This document shows positions 50,435-62,700 of a stretch of 64,000 nt of DNA, piece after piece; within the stretch, counting starts at the first letter, position 1; the number at the start of each line of letters is the position of its first letter. This DNA is from Anaeramoeba ignava BMAN (lineage: Eukaryota > Protista > Anaeramoebae). The notes beneath the pieces were generated by a model. That model did no database searches. It was not told the origin of the DNA and saw only the letters and a program-made list of their open reading frames with translations. The position numbers were made by a program, and so were the translations under genes. Location: the NCBI GenBank assembly GCA_028826165.1, contig JAPDFW010000033.1:310001-374000 (forward strand), in the 5' to 3' direction.

Positions 50435-51495
50435 TTAATCCCTTCCAAAAGAACGACCACCAAATAAGCAACTAATGATATTCAACACAATAATAACGGT
50501 AGAATCTCCTAAAGTAACATTATATAGTTTTCCACATTGATCTTTCTAAAAAATACAAAATAAATTCCAAATTAAATTTAAATCAATTTTATATCAATTT
50601 TAAATTAAATTCCAAATTAAATTTAAATCAATTTTATATCAATTTTAAATTAAATTTTAAAATAAATTCCAAATTAAATTCCAAATTAAATTTTAAATTA
50701 AATTTTAAAATAAATTCCAAATTAAATTTTAAAATAAATTCCAAATTAAATTTTAAAATAAATTCCAAAATAAATTCCAAATTAAATTTTAAATTAAATT
50801 CCAAATTAAATTTTAATTAAATTCCAAATTAAATTTTAAATAAATTCCAAAATAAATTCCAAATTAAATTCCAAATTAAATTCCAAAATAAATTTTAAAT
50901 TAAATTTAAATAAATTCCAAAATAAATTCCAAATTAAATTTTAAATTAAATTCCAAATTAAATTTTAAATTAAATTTAAATTAAATTCCAAATTAAATTC
51001 CAAATTAAATTTTAAAATAAATTTCAAAATAAATTTTAAAATAAATTCCAAAATAAATTCCAAATTCAATTTTAAATTAAATTCCAAATTAAATTCCAAA
51101 TTAAATTTTAAATTACAACTCCATCTGATTTTGCCCAAACATAGCCAATAATAGCCCAACAAAGTAAGAAAGTACTTATTACCAAATTAAGGATCAAGAA
51201 AGGAATGAGAATATCAACTTGAGAAAGAATCAAATAAATTGCAATAATTGAAAGAAGAATATTTGCTCCAAAAACTGAATTGCAAACAACAATCCAAGAC
51301 CAAAGATTTTTTGGACAATCAATATCTTTATCAGGATAAGCAACTGCCACTGATGGTGCAATAAAAGCTGTTCCAATAACAAGAAAACAACAAATATAAA
51401 GCGAAATTATAGTCCACGCGCTTTTAAAAAGGAAAATTAATATTTATTTAAAATGATTGTTTTTTTTTTGAAAAATGTTCTTACTCTTTATTCAT
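50435..51495 (-). CDS. 4-TM membrane protein, paralog D
   Basis: Exons 51495-51485, 51420-51117, 50545-50435; intron 2 filled with an (AAATTCCAAATT)-type repeat. Confidence 0.82.
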
Positions 51496-51715
51496 TAAAT
51501 TGATTGATAAATTTGTTAATTGAATAAAACTGAAAAATAAAAAATAAAAAATAAAAAATAAAAAATAAAAATTGTTCCTAAAAAATTATTTTTTTTTTTA
51601 TTGAAAGGTTTTGGAATAAAAGAAGAAAAAAAAGAAGAAAAAGAAGAAAAATAAGAAAAAATAAAAGAAAATTTGGATTTTGAATTGAAAATTAAAAATT
51701 GATCAAATTATCCTT

Positions 51716-53881
51716 TCACATCCTTCCCGCCAAAGCAGAAAAACCAACAACCAACGCCACACAAATAATTAAGCAACCAAGACCATTCAATACAATAATA
51801 GTAATAGAATCTCCTAAAGCAACATTATATAGTTTTCCACATTTATCTTTCTAAAATATTTACAATAAACATTTTAAACCAATTTTAATTCAATTTTAAA
51901 TTAATTTTAAATCAATTTTAAATTGATTTTAAATTAATTTTATATCAATTTTAAATCAATTTTAAATCAATTTTATATCAATTTTATATCAATTTTAAAT
52001 CAATTTTATATTAATTTTAAATCAATTTTATATCAATTTTATATCAATTTTATATTAATTTTAATTCAATTTTATATCAATTTTATATCAATTTTATATT
52101 AATTTTAAATCAATTTTAAATCAATTTTAAATCAATTTTAAATCAATTTTATATCAATTTTATATCAATTTTAAATCAATTTTATATCAATTTTATATCA
52201 ATTTTATATCAATTTTATATCAAATTTAAATCAATTTTATATCAATTTTAAATCAATTTTAAATCAATTTTATATCAATTTTATATTAATTTTATATCAA
52301 TTTTATATTAATTTTATATAAATTTTAAATCAATTTTATATCAATTTTAAATCAATTTTAAATCAATTTTAAATCAATTTTATATCAATTTTATATCAAT
52401 TTTAAATTAATTTTAAATCAATTTTAAATCAATTTTAATTCAATTTTATATCAATTTTAAATCAATTTTAAATCAATTTTAATTTAATTTTATATCAATT
52501 TTATATCAATTTTAAATCAATTTTATATCAATTTTAAATCAATTTTAAATCAATTTTATATCAATTTTAAATTAATTTTATATTAATTTTAATTCAATTT
52601 TAAATCAATTTTAAATCAATTTTATATCAATTTTATATCAATTTTATATTAATTTTATATTAATTTTAAATCAATTTTAAAATAAAATCCAAAATAAATT
52701 CCAAATTAAAATCAATTTTAAATCAATTTTAAATCAATTTTATATCAATTTTAAATCAATTTTATATCAATTTTAATTCAATTTTAAATCAATTTTAAAT
52801 CAATTTTAAATCAATTTTATATTAATTTTAAATCAATTTTAAATTAATTTTAAATAAATTTTAAATCAATTTTAAATCAATTTTAAATCAATTTTAAATT
52901 AATTTTAAATCAATTTTAAATTAATTTTATATCAATTTTAAATCAATTTTATATCAATTTTATATCAATTTTAAATCAATTTTATATCAATTTTAAATCA
53001 ATTTTAAATCAATTTTAAATCAATTTTATATCAATTTTATATCAATTTTAAATCAATTTTATATCAATTTTATATCAATTTTAAATCAATTTTAAATCAA
53101 TTTTAAATTAATTTTAAATCAATTTTAAATTAATTTTAAATAAATTTTATATCAATTTTAAATCAATTTTAAATCAATTTTAAATCAATTTTATATCAAT
53201 TTTAAATTAATTTTAAATCAATTTTAAATTAATTTTAAATCAATTTTAAATCAATTTTATATCAATTTTAAATCAATTTTAAATCAATTTTAAATCAATT
53301 TTATATCAATTTTAAATTAATTTTAAATCAATTTTAAATCAATTTTATATCAATTTTAAATCAATTTTAAATCAATTTTAAATCAATTTTAAATCAATTT
53401 TAAAATAAAATCCAAAATAAATTCCAAATTAAAATCAATTGAAATAATCAAAAATAAAAATTTACAACTCCATCTGAAGTAGCCCAAACAAGACCAGTAA
53501 TAGCCCAAGCAAGTAAGAAAAGACCTAAAAGCATAGAACCACTTTGAAAGTGTTTTTGAGACTCTTGACTGAAAAAACTAGAAATCAAAGAAAGAAAAAT
53601 ACTTGCTCCAAAAACTGAATTGCAAACAACAATCCAATTCCAAAGATTTTTTGGACAATCAATATCTTTATCAGGATAAGCAACTGCTATTGATGGTGCA
53701 ATAAATGCTGCTCCAATAGAAAGAACACAACAAACAGAAATGCACATAATGAGAGCGATTGATCTTTAAACAAATATTTTATTTTAAATTTAATTCGTTA
53801 TTTTTTTACTTTATTTACTTTATTTTTTTATTTTAATTTTGTTCTTAATAATTCTTACTGTGAATCTGAATAGCGATACAT
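51716..53881 (-). CDS. 4-TM membrane protein, paralog C
   Basis: Exons 53881-53859, 53763-53466, 51850-51716; intron 2 (1615 nt) is an ATCAATTTTAA array. Confidence 0.85.
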
Positions 53882-54209
53882 TTTCCTTTTTAAAAATAAA
53901 AAATAAAATAAATAAAAAATTTGATGAAAGGATTGAAAAAAAAAATTTTTTTTTCTTTTCTATTTTTTCTCCTTTCAATTTCAATTTTTTTTCTCCTTTT
54001 ATTTTAATTGAATTTACAAAATGGTTTAATTTGAAAATAAATTAAAAATGATTATTTGTTTTATTTTGAAAAGATTTGATGAAGATTTTTAATTCATTTG
54101 AGCCAAGAAAATAAAAGAAAAAATAAAAGAAATAAAAGAAAGAATAAAAGAAAAAATAAAAGAAAATTTGATTTTGGATTGAAAATTGAAAATTGATCAA
54201 ATTATCCTT

Positions 54210-54882
54210 TCACATCCCTTTCTTCAAGAAAGAAAGACCAACAACCAACGTCACACAAATAATTAAGCAACCAAGACCATTCAACACAATAATAACAATA
54301 GAATCTCCTAAAGCAACATTATATAGTTTTCCACATTTATCTTTCTAAAATATTTACAATAAACATTTTAAATTTTAATTCAAAATTAAAATTAAATCAA
54401 AATCCAAAAATTGAAAAATTAAATTTAAATCAAAATTTAATCAAAATTTAATCAAAATTTAAATTGAAAAAAATTTACAACTCCATCTGAAGTAGCCCAA
54501 ACAAGTCCAACAATAGACCAAGTAAGTAAGAAAAATGACACAAATATAGAACCACTTTGAATATGTTTTTGAAGACTTTTACGCAAAAAACTAATAACCA
54601 AAGAAAGAAAAATACTTGCTCCAAAAGCTGAATTGCAAACAACAATCCAAGTCCAAAGATTTTTTGGACAATCAATATCTTTATCAGGATAAGCAACTGC
54701 TATTGAAGGTGCAATAAATGCTGCTCCAATAGAAAGAACACAACAAACAGAAACCCACATTATAAGACCCATTGATCTGTTAAACAAATATTAAACAAAT
54801 GTTAATTTAATGTTAATTTAATTTTAATTTAATTTTAATTTATTTTTTTAATAATTTACTGTGGTTGATAATTTGGATACAT
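54210..54882 (-). CDS. 4-TM membrane protein, paralog B
   Basis: Exons 54882-54860, 54776-54479, 54344-54210; intron 2 is only 134 nt. Confidence 0.85.
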
Positions 54883-55146
54883 TTTCCTTTTTAAAAATTA
54901 AAATTGTAAGAGAAAAAATAATAAAAAAAAATTTGATGAAAGAACTTCGAAAAAAAAAAATTTTTTTCCTTTTGGATTTTTTTTGCTTTCAAATTTAATT
55001 TAATTTGAAAATCAATTTTTTATTTTGAAAAGTTTTTTTGAAGATTTTTAATTCTTTTGATAAAAAAAAAGAAATAAAAATATAAAAGAAATAAAAGAAA
55101 AAATTTGATTTTTAATTTGGATTTTGAATTGAAAATTAAAAATTGA

Positions 55147-55293
55147 TCAAATTATCCTTTCACATCCTTCCCCCCAAAGCAGAAAAACCATCAACAACGT
55201 CACACAAACGATCAAACAACCAAGACCATTCAATGCAACAATAGTAATAGAATCTCCTAAAGCAACATTATATAGTTTTCCACATTGATCTTT
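55147..55293 (-). other. Orphan duplicated terminal exon of the 4-TM family (alternative last exon or deletion remnant)
   Basis: KDQCGKLYNVALGDS... with an intact acceptor at 55294 and an intron-type array upstream, but no exon 1 or 2 between it and the 3' flank of paralog A. Confidence 0.75.
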
Positions 55294-56007
55294 CTAAAAT
55301 ATTTACAATAAACATTTTAAATCTTGATTCCAATTTAAATCAATTTTAAATCAATTTTATATTAATTTTAAATCAATTTTATATCAATTTTAAATCAATT
55401 TTAAATCAATTTTATATCAATTTTATATCAATTTTAAATCAATTTTAAATCAATTTTATATCAATTTTAAATCAATTTTAAATCAATTTTAAATCAATTT
55501 TATATCAATTTTAAATCAATTTTAAATCAATTTTATATTAATTTTAAATCAATTTTAAATCAATTTTAAATCAATTTTATATCAATTTTAAATCAATTTT
55601 ATATCAATTTTAAATCAATTTTAAATCAATTTTATATCAATTTTATATCAATTTTAAATCAATTTTAAATCAATTTTAAATCAATTTTAAATCAATTTTA
55701 AATTAATTTCAAATCAATTTTATATCAATTTTAAATCAATTTTATATCAATTTTAAATCAATTTTAAATCAATTTTAAATCAATTTTATATCAATTTTAA
55801 ATCAATTTTATATCAATTTTATATCAAATTTAATTTAATTTGAAAATCAATTTTTTATTTTGAAAAGTTTTGTTTAAGATTTTTAATTCTTTTGATAAAA
55901 AAAAAGAAATAAAAATATAGAAGAAATGAAAGAAAAGAAATAAAAGAAGATTTGATTTTGGATTGAAAATTGAGAATTGAAAATTGAAAATTGATTAAAT
56001 TATGTTT

Positions 56008-57589
56008 TCACACTCTCCCCAAAGCAGAAATACCAACAGCCAACGCCACACAAACGATCAAACAACCAAGACCATTCAATGCAACAATAGTAATAGAATC
56101 TCCTAAAGCAACATTATATAGTTTTCCACATTGATCTTTCTAAAATATTTACAATAAACATTTTAAATTTTGATTCCAATTTAAATCAATTTTAAATCAA
56201 TTTTATATTAATTTTAAATCAATTTTATATCAATTTTAAATCAATTTTATTTCAATTTTAAATCAATTTTAAATCAATTTTATATCAATTTTATATCAAT
56301 TTTAAATTAATTTTAAATTAATTTTATATCAATTTTAAATCAATTTTAAATCAATTTTAAATCAATTTTAAATCAATTTTAAATCAATTTTAAATCAATT
56401 TTAAATCAATTTTAAATCAATTTTAAATCAATTTTATATCAATTTTATATCAATTTTAAATCAATTTTAAATCAATTTTATATCAATTTTAAATCAATTT
56501 TATATCAATTTTAAATCAATTTTATATCAATTTTAAATCAATTTTAAATCAATTTTAAATCTTAAAAATTTTAAATCAATTTTAATTTAATTTCATATCA
56601 ATTTTTAAATCAATTTTAAATCAATTTTAAAATCAATTTTAAATCAATTTTAATTCAATTTTATATCAATTTTTAAATCAATTTTATATCAATTTTATAT
56701 CAATTTTTAAATCAATTTTAAATTAATTTTTATATCAATTTTAAATCAATTTTATATTAATTTTTAATTCAATTTTATATCAATTTTATATCAATTTTAA
56801 ATCAATTTTAAATCAATTTTAAATCAATTTTAAATCAATTTTATATCAATTTTATATCAATTTTAAATTAATTTTAAATTAATTTCATATCAATTTTAAA
56901 TCAATTTTAAATCAATTTTAAATCAATTTTAAATCAATTTTATATCAATTTTAAATCAATTTTAAATCAATTTTAAATCAATTTTATATCAATTTTAAAT
57001 CAATTTTAAATCAATTTTAAATCAATTTTAAATCAATTTTATATCAATTTTAAATCAATTTTATATCAATTTTAAATCAATTTTAAATCAATTTTAAATC
57101 AATTTTAAATCAATTTTAAATCAATTTTAAATCAATTTTAAATCAATTGAAATAATCAAAAATAAAAATTTACAACTCCATCTGAAGTAGCCCAAACAAG
57201 ACCAGTAATAGCCCAAGCAAGTAAGAAAATACTCAAAAACATAGAAAGGAATTGATTTCTTTTTTGAAAATCTTCACCAAAAAAAGTACCAGCAAGAGAA
57301 AGAAAAATACTTGCTCCAAAAATTGAATTGCAAACAACAATCCAATTCCAAAGATTTTTTGGACAATCAATATCTTTATCAGGATAAGCAACTGCTATTG
57401 ATGGTGCAATAAATGCTGCTCCAATAGAAAGAATACAACAAACAGAAATGCACATAATGAGAGCGATTGATCTTTAAACAAATATTTTATTTTAAATTTA
57501 ATTCGTTATTTTTTTATTTTATTTACTTTATTTTTAATTTTTAATTTTGTTCTTAATAATTCTTACTGTGAATCTGAATAGCGATACAT
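56008..57589 (-). CDS. 4-TM membrane protein, paralog A
   Basis: Exons 57589-57567, 57471-57174, 56139-56008; intron 2 (1034 nt) is an ATCAATTTTAA array. Confidence 0.85.
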
Positions 57590-58065
57590 TTTCCTTTTTA
57601 AAAATAAAAATAAAAATAAAAAATGAAAAATGAAAAATGAAATAATTTGAAATAAGAATTATTAAAAAAAAAATATTTTTTTTTCTTTTCTCCTTTTAAA
57701 TTATATTTTTTTTCTCCTTTTATTTGTAAAAGTGGAATAAAAATAAAAATAATAAATAAATTGAATTTAAAAATAAAAATAAAAAGTAAATTGAATTTAA
57801 AAATAAAAATAAAAATTGAATTTAAAAATAAAAATAAAAATAAAAAGTCGTCTTTTAAAAATAAAAATAAAAAGTGGAATAAAAATAAAAATAAAAAGTC
57901 GTCTTTTAAAAATAAAATAAAATAAATAAGACATACGTGGAATTGAGAATAAAAGCGAAAAAGAATTCATTTTTTCATTTTTTTCATTGTTTTCATTTTT
58001 TAATTCTATATTAATTTATTTTTATTCTTTATAATAATTCATTTTTATTCTTTATAATATTTTTA

Positions 58066-58608
58066 ATGCAAAGTAACAGAAAAAAAGATCTTTTCACAAA
58101 AGCTATAAAAAAGCTCGATAAAGATTCAGAACGGAAACCATTAGAAAATCCATTGAATAAAAAAGAAAAGAAGGAAAAGAATAAAACGGAAATTAAAGAA
58201 GATTGGAATTGGTATATCCACAAAGTGTATGTTCCTGAAGTAATTTGCTTTTATAAGAATGATCTAATTGGAAAGAACCAAACCTTTTTCCGCACAAACA
58301 TACATTCAAAATTTCCTGAACTGAATAAATTGAAAAAGTGGATCGCTTGTTATATTCAACAAGAATTTTTTGATTGTATTGAAGGTGAAGATAATTCTTA
58401 TAAAAACAAATTGTTTGTTCCTGATTATTGGAAAGTTGGTATTTCTTCTTTGGTTCAAGATGCTCATGATTCCCTTCATGCCACTCAAAAACAAATTGCA
58501 CTCGAAAACTTAGATGATTTCCAATATGTAAATACTCTCCCTCTTTTCAGAAACACCTTCTCAATATTGGATGTTTATAATGAAGGAGGTTCTGATCTTA
58601 GAAACTAA
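58066..58608 (+). CDS. Hypothetical protein (180 aa)
   Basis: Non-repetitive ORF with coding-like composition, preceded by TCATTT motifs; no family recognised. Confidence 0.65.
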   Translation: MQSNRKKDLFTKAIKKLDKDSERKPLENPLNKKEKKEKNKTEIKEDWNWYIHKVYVPEVICFYKNDLIGKNQTFFRTNIHSKFPELNKLKKWIACYIQQEFFDCIEGEDNSYKNKLFVPDYWKVGISSLVQDAHDSLHATQKQIALENLDDFQYVNTLPLFRNTFSILDVYNEGGSDLRN

Positions 58609-58902
58609 ATTTCTTTTTCTTTCATCATTTTCTTTTTCTTTTTCTTTTTCTTTTTCTTTTTCTTAATAATATGTTGAAAAATAAAAGTGGACTTTTTCAT
58701 TTATTTTTTAATTTGTATTTAATTTTGATTTTGATTTTGATTTTGATTTTGATTTTGATTTTGATTTTAATTTTGAATTTGATTTTGATTTTGATTTTGA
58801 TTTTGATTTTGATTTTAATTTGAAAATAATTTTCAAAGTCAAATTTTTTCATTTTTTCATTTTTTCATTTTTTCATTTTTTCATTTTTTCATTTTTTTTG
58901 AA

Positions 58903-59580
58903 ATGGATGTTAAAAATCTTAAAAAAATAACAGAACAATCAAAAACTCCTTTTGCAAGATTTGGACAAGCAACAATTGGAGAAGAAGATGAAACTGATGA
59001 TGAAACAGAAAATGAAAATGAAACAGAAAATGAAGATGAAAATTTAAAAGAAAATTTAAAAGAAATTGAAAAAGAAATTGAAAAAGAAAATTTAAATGAA
59101 AATGAAAAAGAAAAAGAAAAAGAAAAAGAAATTGAAATTAAAAAAGAAAAAGAAAATGAAATTGAAATTGAAAAAGAAATTGATAAAGAAAATGAAATTA
59201 AAAATGAAAATGAAGCTAAAAAAGATTCAAAACAAATCGCTCACAAAAAAAAATCAAAACATTCTCATATAAAAAAAACTAAAACAACAAAAGAAATTAA
59301 ATTATCTCAAATAAACAATCGTGAAAAAATGTTTTCAGTTTCTTCAGTTGGTTTTAGAGATGCAATTAAAAAACAAAATCATAATTTTTCTAATTCACTT
59401 ATTAAATCATTATCAAATTATAAAAATTTAACTATAAAAACAACTCAAACAACTCAAGAAATTTTACAATCAACAAGAGAAGTTTCTAATAAACTTCATT
59501 TGGTTTCAGATGAAATTCAACAACTTGGAAAAGTTCTTCCGTTACAAATTTCAAAACATTCTTCAAAACGAAAAAAATAA
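58903..59580 (+). CDS. Acidic/coiled-coil protein, possibly BLOC-1 subunit 3 (BLOS3)-like
   Basis: N-terminal TIGEEDETDDE resembles the BLOS3 V.GEA.ETD motif; C-terminal helical region with N..F...L and Q..S..L..V..EI..L spacing. ORF solid, family call tentative. Confidence 0.5.
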   Translation: MDVKNLKKITEQSKTPFARFGQATIGEEDETDDETENENETENEDENLKENLKEIEKEIEKENLNENEKEKEKEKEIEIKKEKENEIEIEKEIDKENEIKNENEAKKDSKQIAHKKKSKHSHIKKTKTTKEIKLSQINNREKMFSVSSVGFRDAIKKQNHNFSNSLIKSLSNYKNLTIKTTQTTQEILQSTREVSNKLHLVSDEIQQLGKVLPLQISKHSSKRKK

Positions 59581-59749
59581 TCAAAATTTTTTAATTTTTT
59601 AATTTTTAATTTTTAATTTTAAATTTTTTAAATAATAAAAAAATTCATTTCCAAAATTTGAATTTTTATTTGAAAAAAAAATGAAGAAAAAAGGAAAAAG
59701 AAAAAGAAAAAAAACGAAAAAAATTTATTAGATTCTTGATCATTTTTAA

Positions 59750-62700
59750 TTAAAATTTAGAAGAAGAACTTGAATCATATTCTGCGCATAAAGCAACTAA
59801 TCTTCTTGCATGATCAACAAATTTTTCATTTCCTTCAAGGAAAATTTGTGCAACTTGTAAAACTTGTTCTCTTGAAGAAAGATAAACTTGGTATTTGTCA
59901 GATTTTGCGACTTTCATTAAAGAAACCAAAGCTTCTAGACAAATTGTAGTTACTTGAGGACTAAAACCAGATTCAAGAACATCACATAAAGCGAGATGAG
60001 CATCACAACTGAGGAAATATCTAATTAATTATTAATGAGGATCAATAAAGCAAAAAAAAGAAGAAAAAAAATTTTTTTTTTTTAGGGAATGAGGAAAAAA
60101 AATTTTTTTTTTCTTAAATAATAATAAATAATTAATAATTAATATTTACAAAATTTGGTTTGAAGTTCCACCTGCAATTCCGTTACAAATAACCCAAGCT
60201 GCTTCTTGTCGAATTAGTTTTTCATCAGTAGCCAAAATTTCCACAATTATTGGGATAATATTTGCATCAATAACCATTTGGATTTGGGCTGGTGTTCCTG
60301 CTGTAATATTAGAAACATTCCAACAAGCTTCCTTACTAAATATTTATTTTTCAAAATCAAAATTAAAATAAATTAAAATTTAAATTTAAATTAAAATTAC
60401 CGAATTTGCTTTCTTTTTCTAAGTAATTGTGGAATTGCGTTGAGAAATCCATTTTCAAGAACAAGTTGAGTTTGTGAATCATCTCCTGAAACTATATTTC
60501 CAAGTGTTCTTAATGCAGGAGTAGATATTGTATCTTGAGGAGAGCTATTAAAAATTTTGAATAAAAATTTTGAATATAAATTTGGAATAAAAATTTTGAA
60601 TATAAATTTTGGAATATAAACTTTGGAATATAAATTTTAGAATATAAATTTTGAATAAAAATTTTGAATATAAATTTGGAATATAAATTTTGAATATAAA
60701 TTTTGGAATATAAATTTGGAATATAAATTTTGGAATATAAATTTAGAATATAAATTTTGGATATAAATTTTGAATATAAATTTTGGAATATAAAATTTGG
60801 AATATAAATTTTGAATATAAATTTTGAATAAAAACTTGGAATAAAAATTTGGAATATAAATTTTGAATAAAAATTTTGAATATAAATTTGGAATATAAAT
60901 TTTGGGATATAAATTTTGAATATAAAATTTTGAATATAAATTTGGAATAAAAATTTTGAATATAAATTTGGAATATAAATTTTGAATATAAATTTTGAAT
61001 AAAAACTTGGAATAAAAATTTGGAATATAAATTTTGAATATAAAATTTTGAATAAAAATTTTGAATATAAAATTTGGAATATAAATTTGGAATATAAAAT
61101 TTTAAATATAAACTTGGAATATAAATTTGGAATATAAATTTGGAATATAAATTTTGAATATAAATTTTGAATATAAATTTTGAATATAAATTTTGAATAT
61201 AAATTTTGAATATAAATTTGGAATATAAATTTTGGAATATAAATTTTGAATAAAATTTTGGAATATAAATTTGGAATATAAATTTTGAATATAAATTTTG
61301 AATATAAATTTGGAATATAAATTTGGAATATAAATTTGGAATATAAATTTAGAATAAAAATTTTGAATAAAAATTTAGAATAAAAATTTTGGAATATAAA
61401 TTTTGGAATATAAATTTTTGAATATAAATTTTGGAATATAAATTTTGAATATAAATTTTGAATATAAATTTTGAATAAAAATTTTGAATATAAATTTTGA
61501 ATATAAATTTTGAATATAAATTTGGAATATAAATTTGGAATATAAATTTGGAATATAAATTTTGAATATAAATTTTGAATAAAAATTTTGAATATAAATT
61601 TAGAATATAAATTTAGAATATAAATTTTGAATATAAATCTTGAATATAAACTTGGAATATAAATTTGGAATATAAATTTTGAATATAAATTTTGAATATA
61701 AATTTGGAATATAAATTTTGAAATAAAATTTTAAATATAAACTTGGAATATAAATTTGGAATATAAATTTGGAATATAAATTTTGAATATAAATTTTGAT
61801 TTGTAATTACTTAACAAGATTAACTAATTTTGGGACAACATCCGCATCAATAACTGCTTGAATTTGTCTATTATTTCCATCAGTAAGATAAGACAATCCC
61901 CAACAACTATCAGTCAATATTTCTGTATCAGTAGAATGCAACATTGCAGCTAAAATTGGTATAAATTTTGAAATCTAAATTTGAATTTTTTAATTTTTTT
62001 TTGGATTAATTTTTTCTAAATTTCTTCTTTTTTTTTTCTTTTTAACTCTTTCAAATTTGGGTTTTGGTTTTCCTCTACAAAAATTTGATATTGCCCAAAC
62101 TGCATTTCGAAGAAGGGATAATGATTGTTGATTGTTGAAAAAACCTGTTATATTCTCAACTAAATCAAAATTTAAGATATAATCTCTATGTTCACTAGAA
62201 TCTCCAGCGATATTACCAAGAGCCCAGATGGACTTAATAATATAAATATTTTTATTTTTAATATTTTGAATATTTTGGATATTTTGAATATTTTTAATAT
62301 TTTGAATATTTTGGATATTTTGAATATTTTGGATATTTTGAATATTTTGGATATTTTGGATATTTTGAATATTTTTAATATTTTTAATTTAATTTAATAT
62401 TTTGAATATTTTGGATATTTTGGATATTTTGGATATTTTAATATTTTGGATATAATTTAATATTTTGGATATTTTGGATATTTTGGATATTTTTGAATAT
62501 TTTTAATTTAATTTAATATTTTGGATATTTTGAATTTAATTTAATATTTTGGATATTTTAATATTTTTAATATTTTGAATTTAATTTAATATTTTGAATA
62601 TTTTGATATTTTTAATATCTTTAATTTAATTTAATATTTTGAATATTTTGGATATTTTTGATATTTTGGATATTTTTGATTTAATATTTTTAATATAAAT

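Larger units (their letters stand above)
51890..57150. repeat. Three blocks of 11-mer (ATCAATTTTAA/T)n: about 51890-53400, 55330-55826 and 56180-57150
   Basis: Same unit as in the RPB7 intron. Confidence 0.88.
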
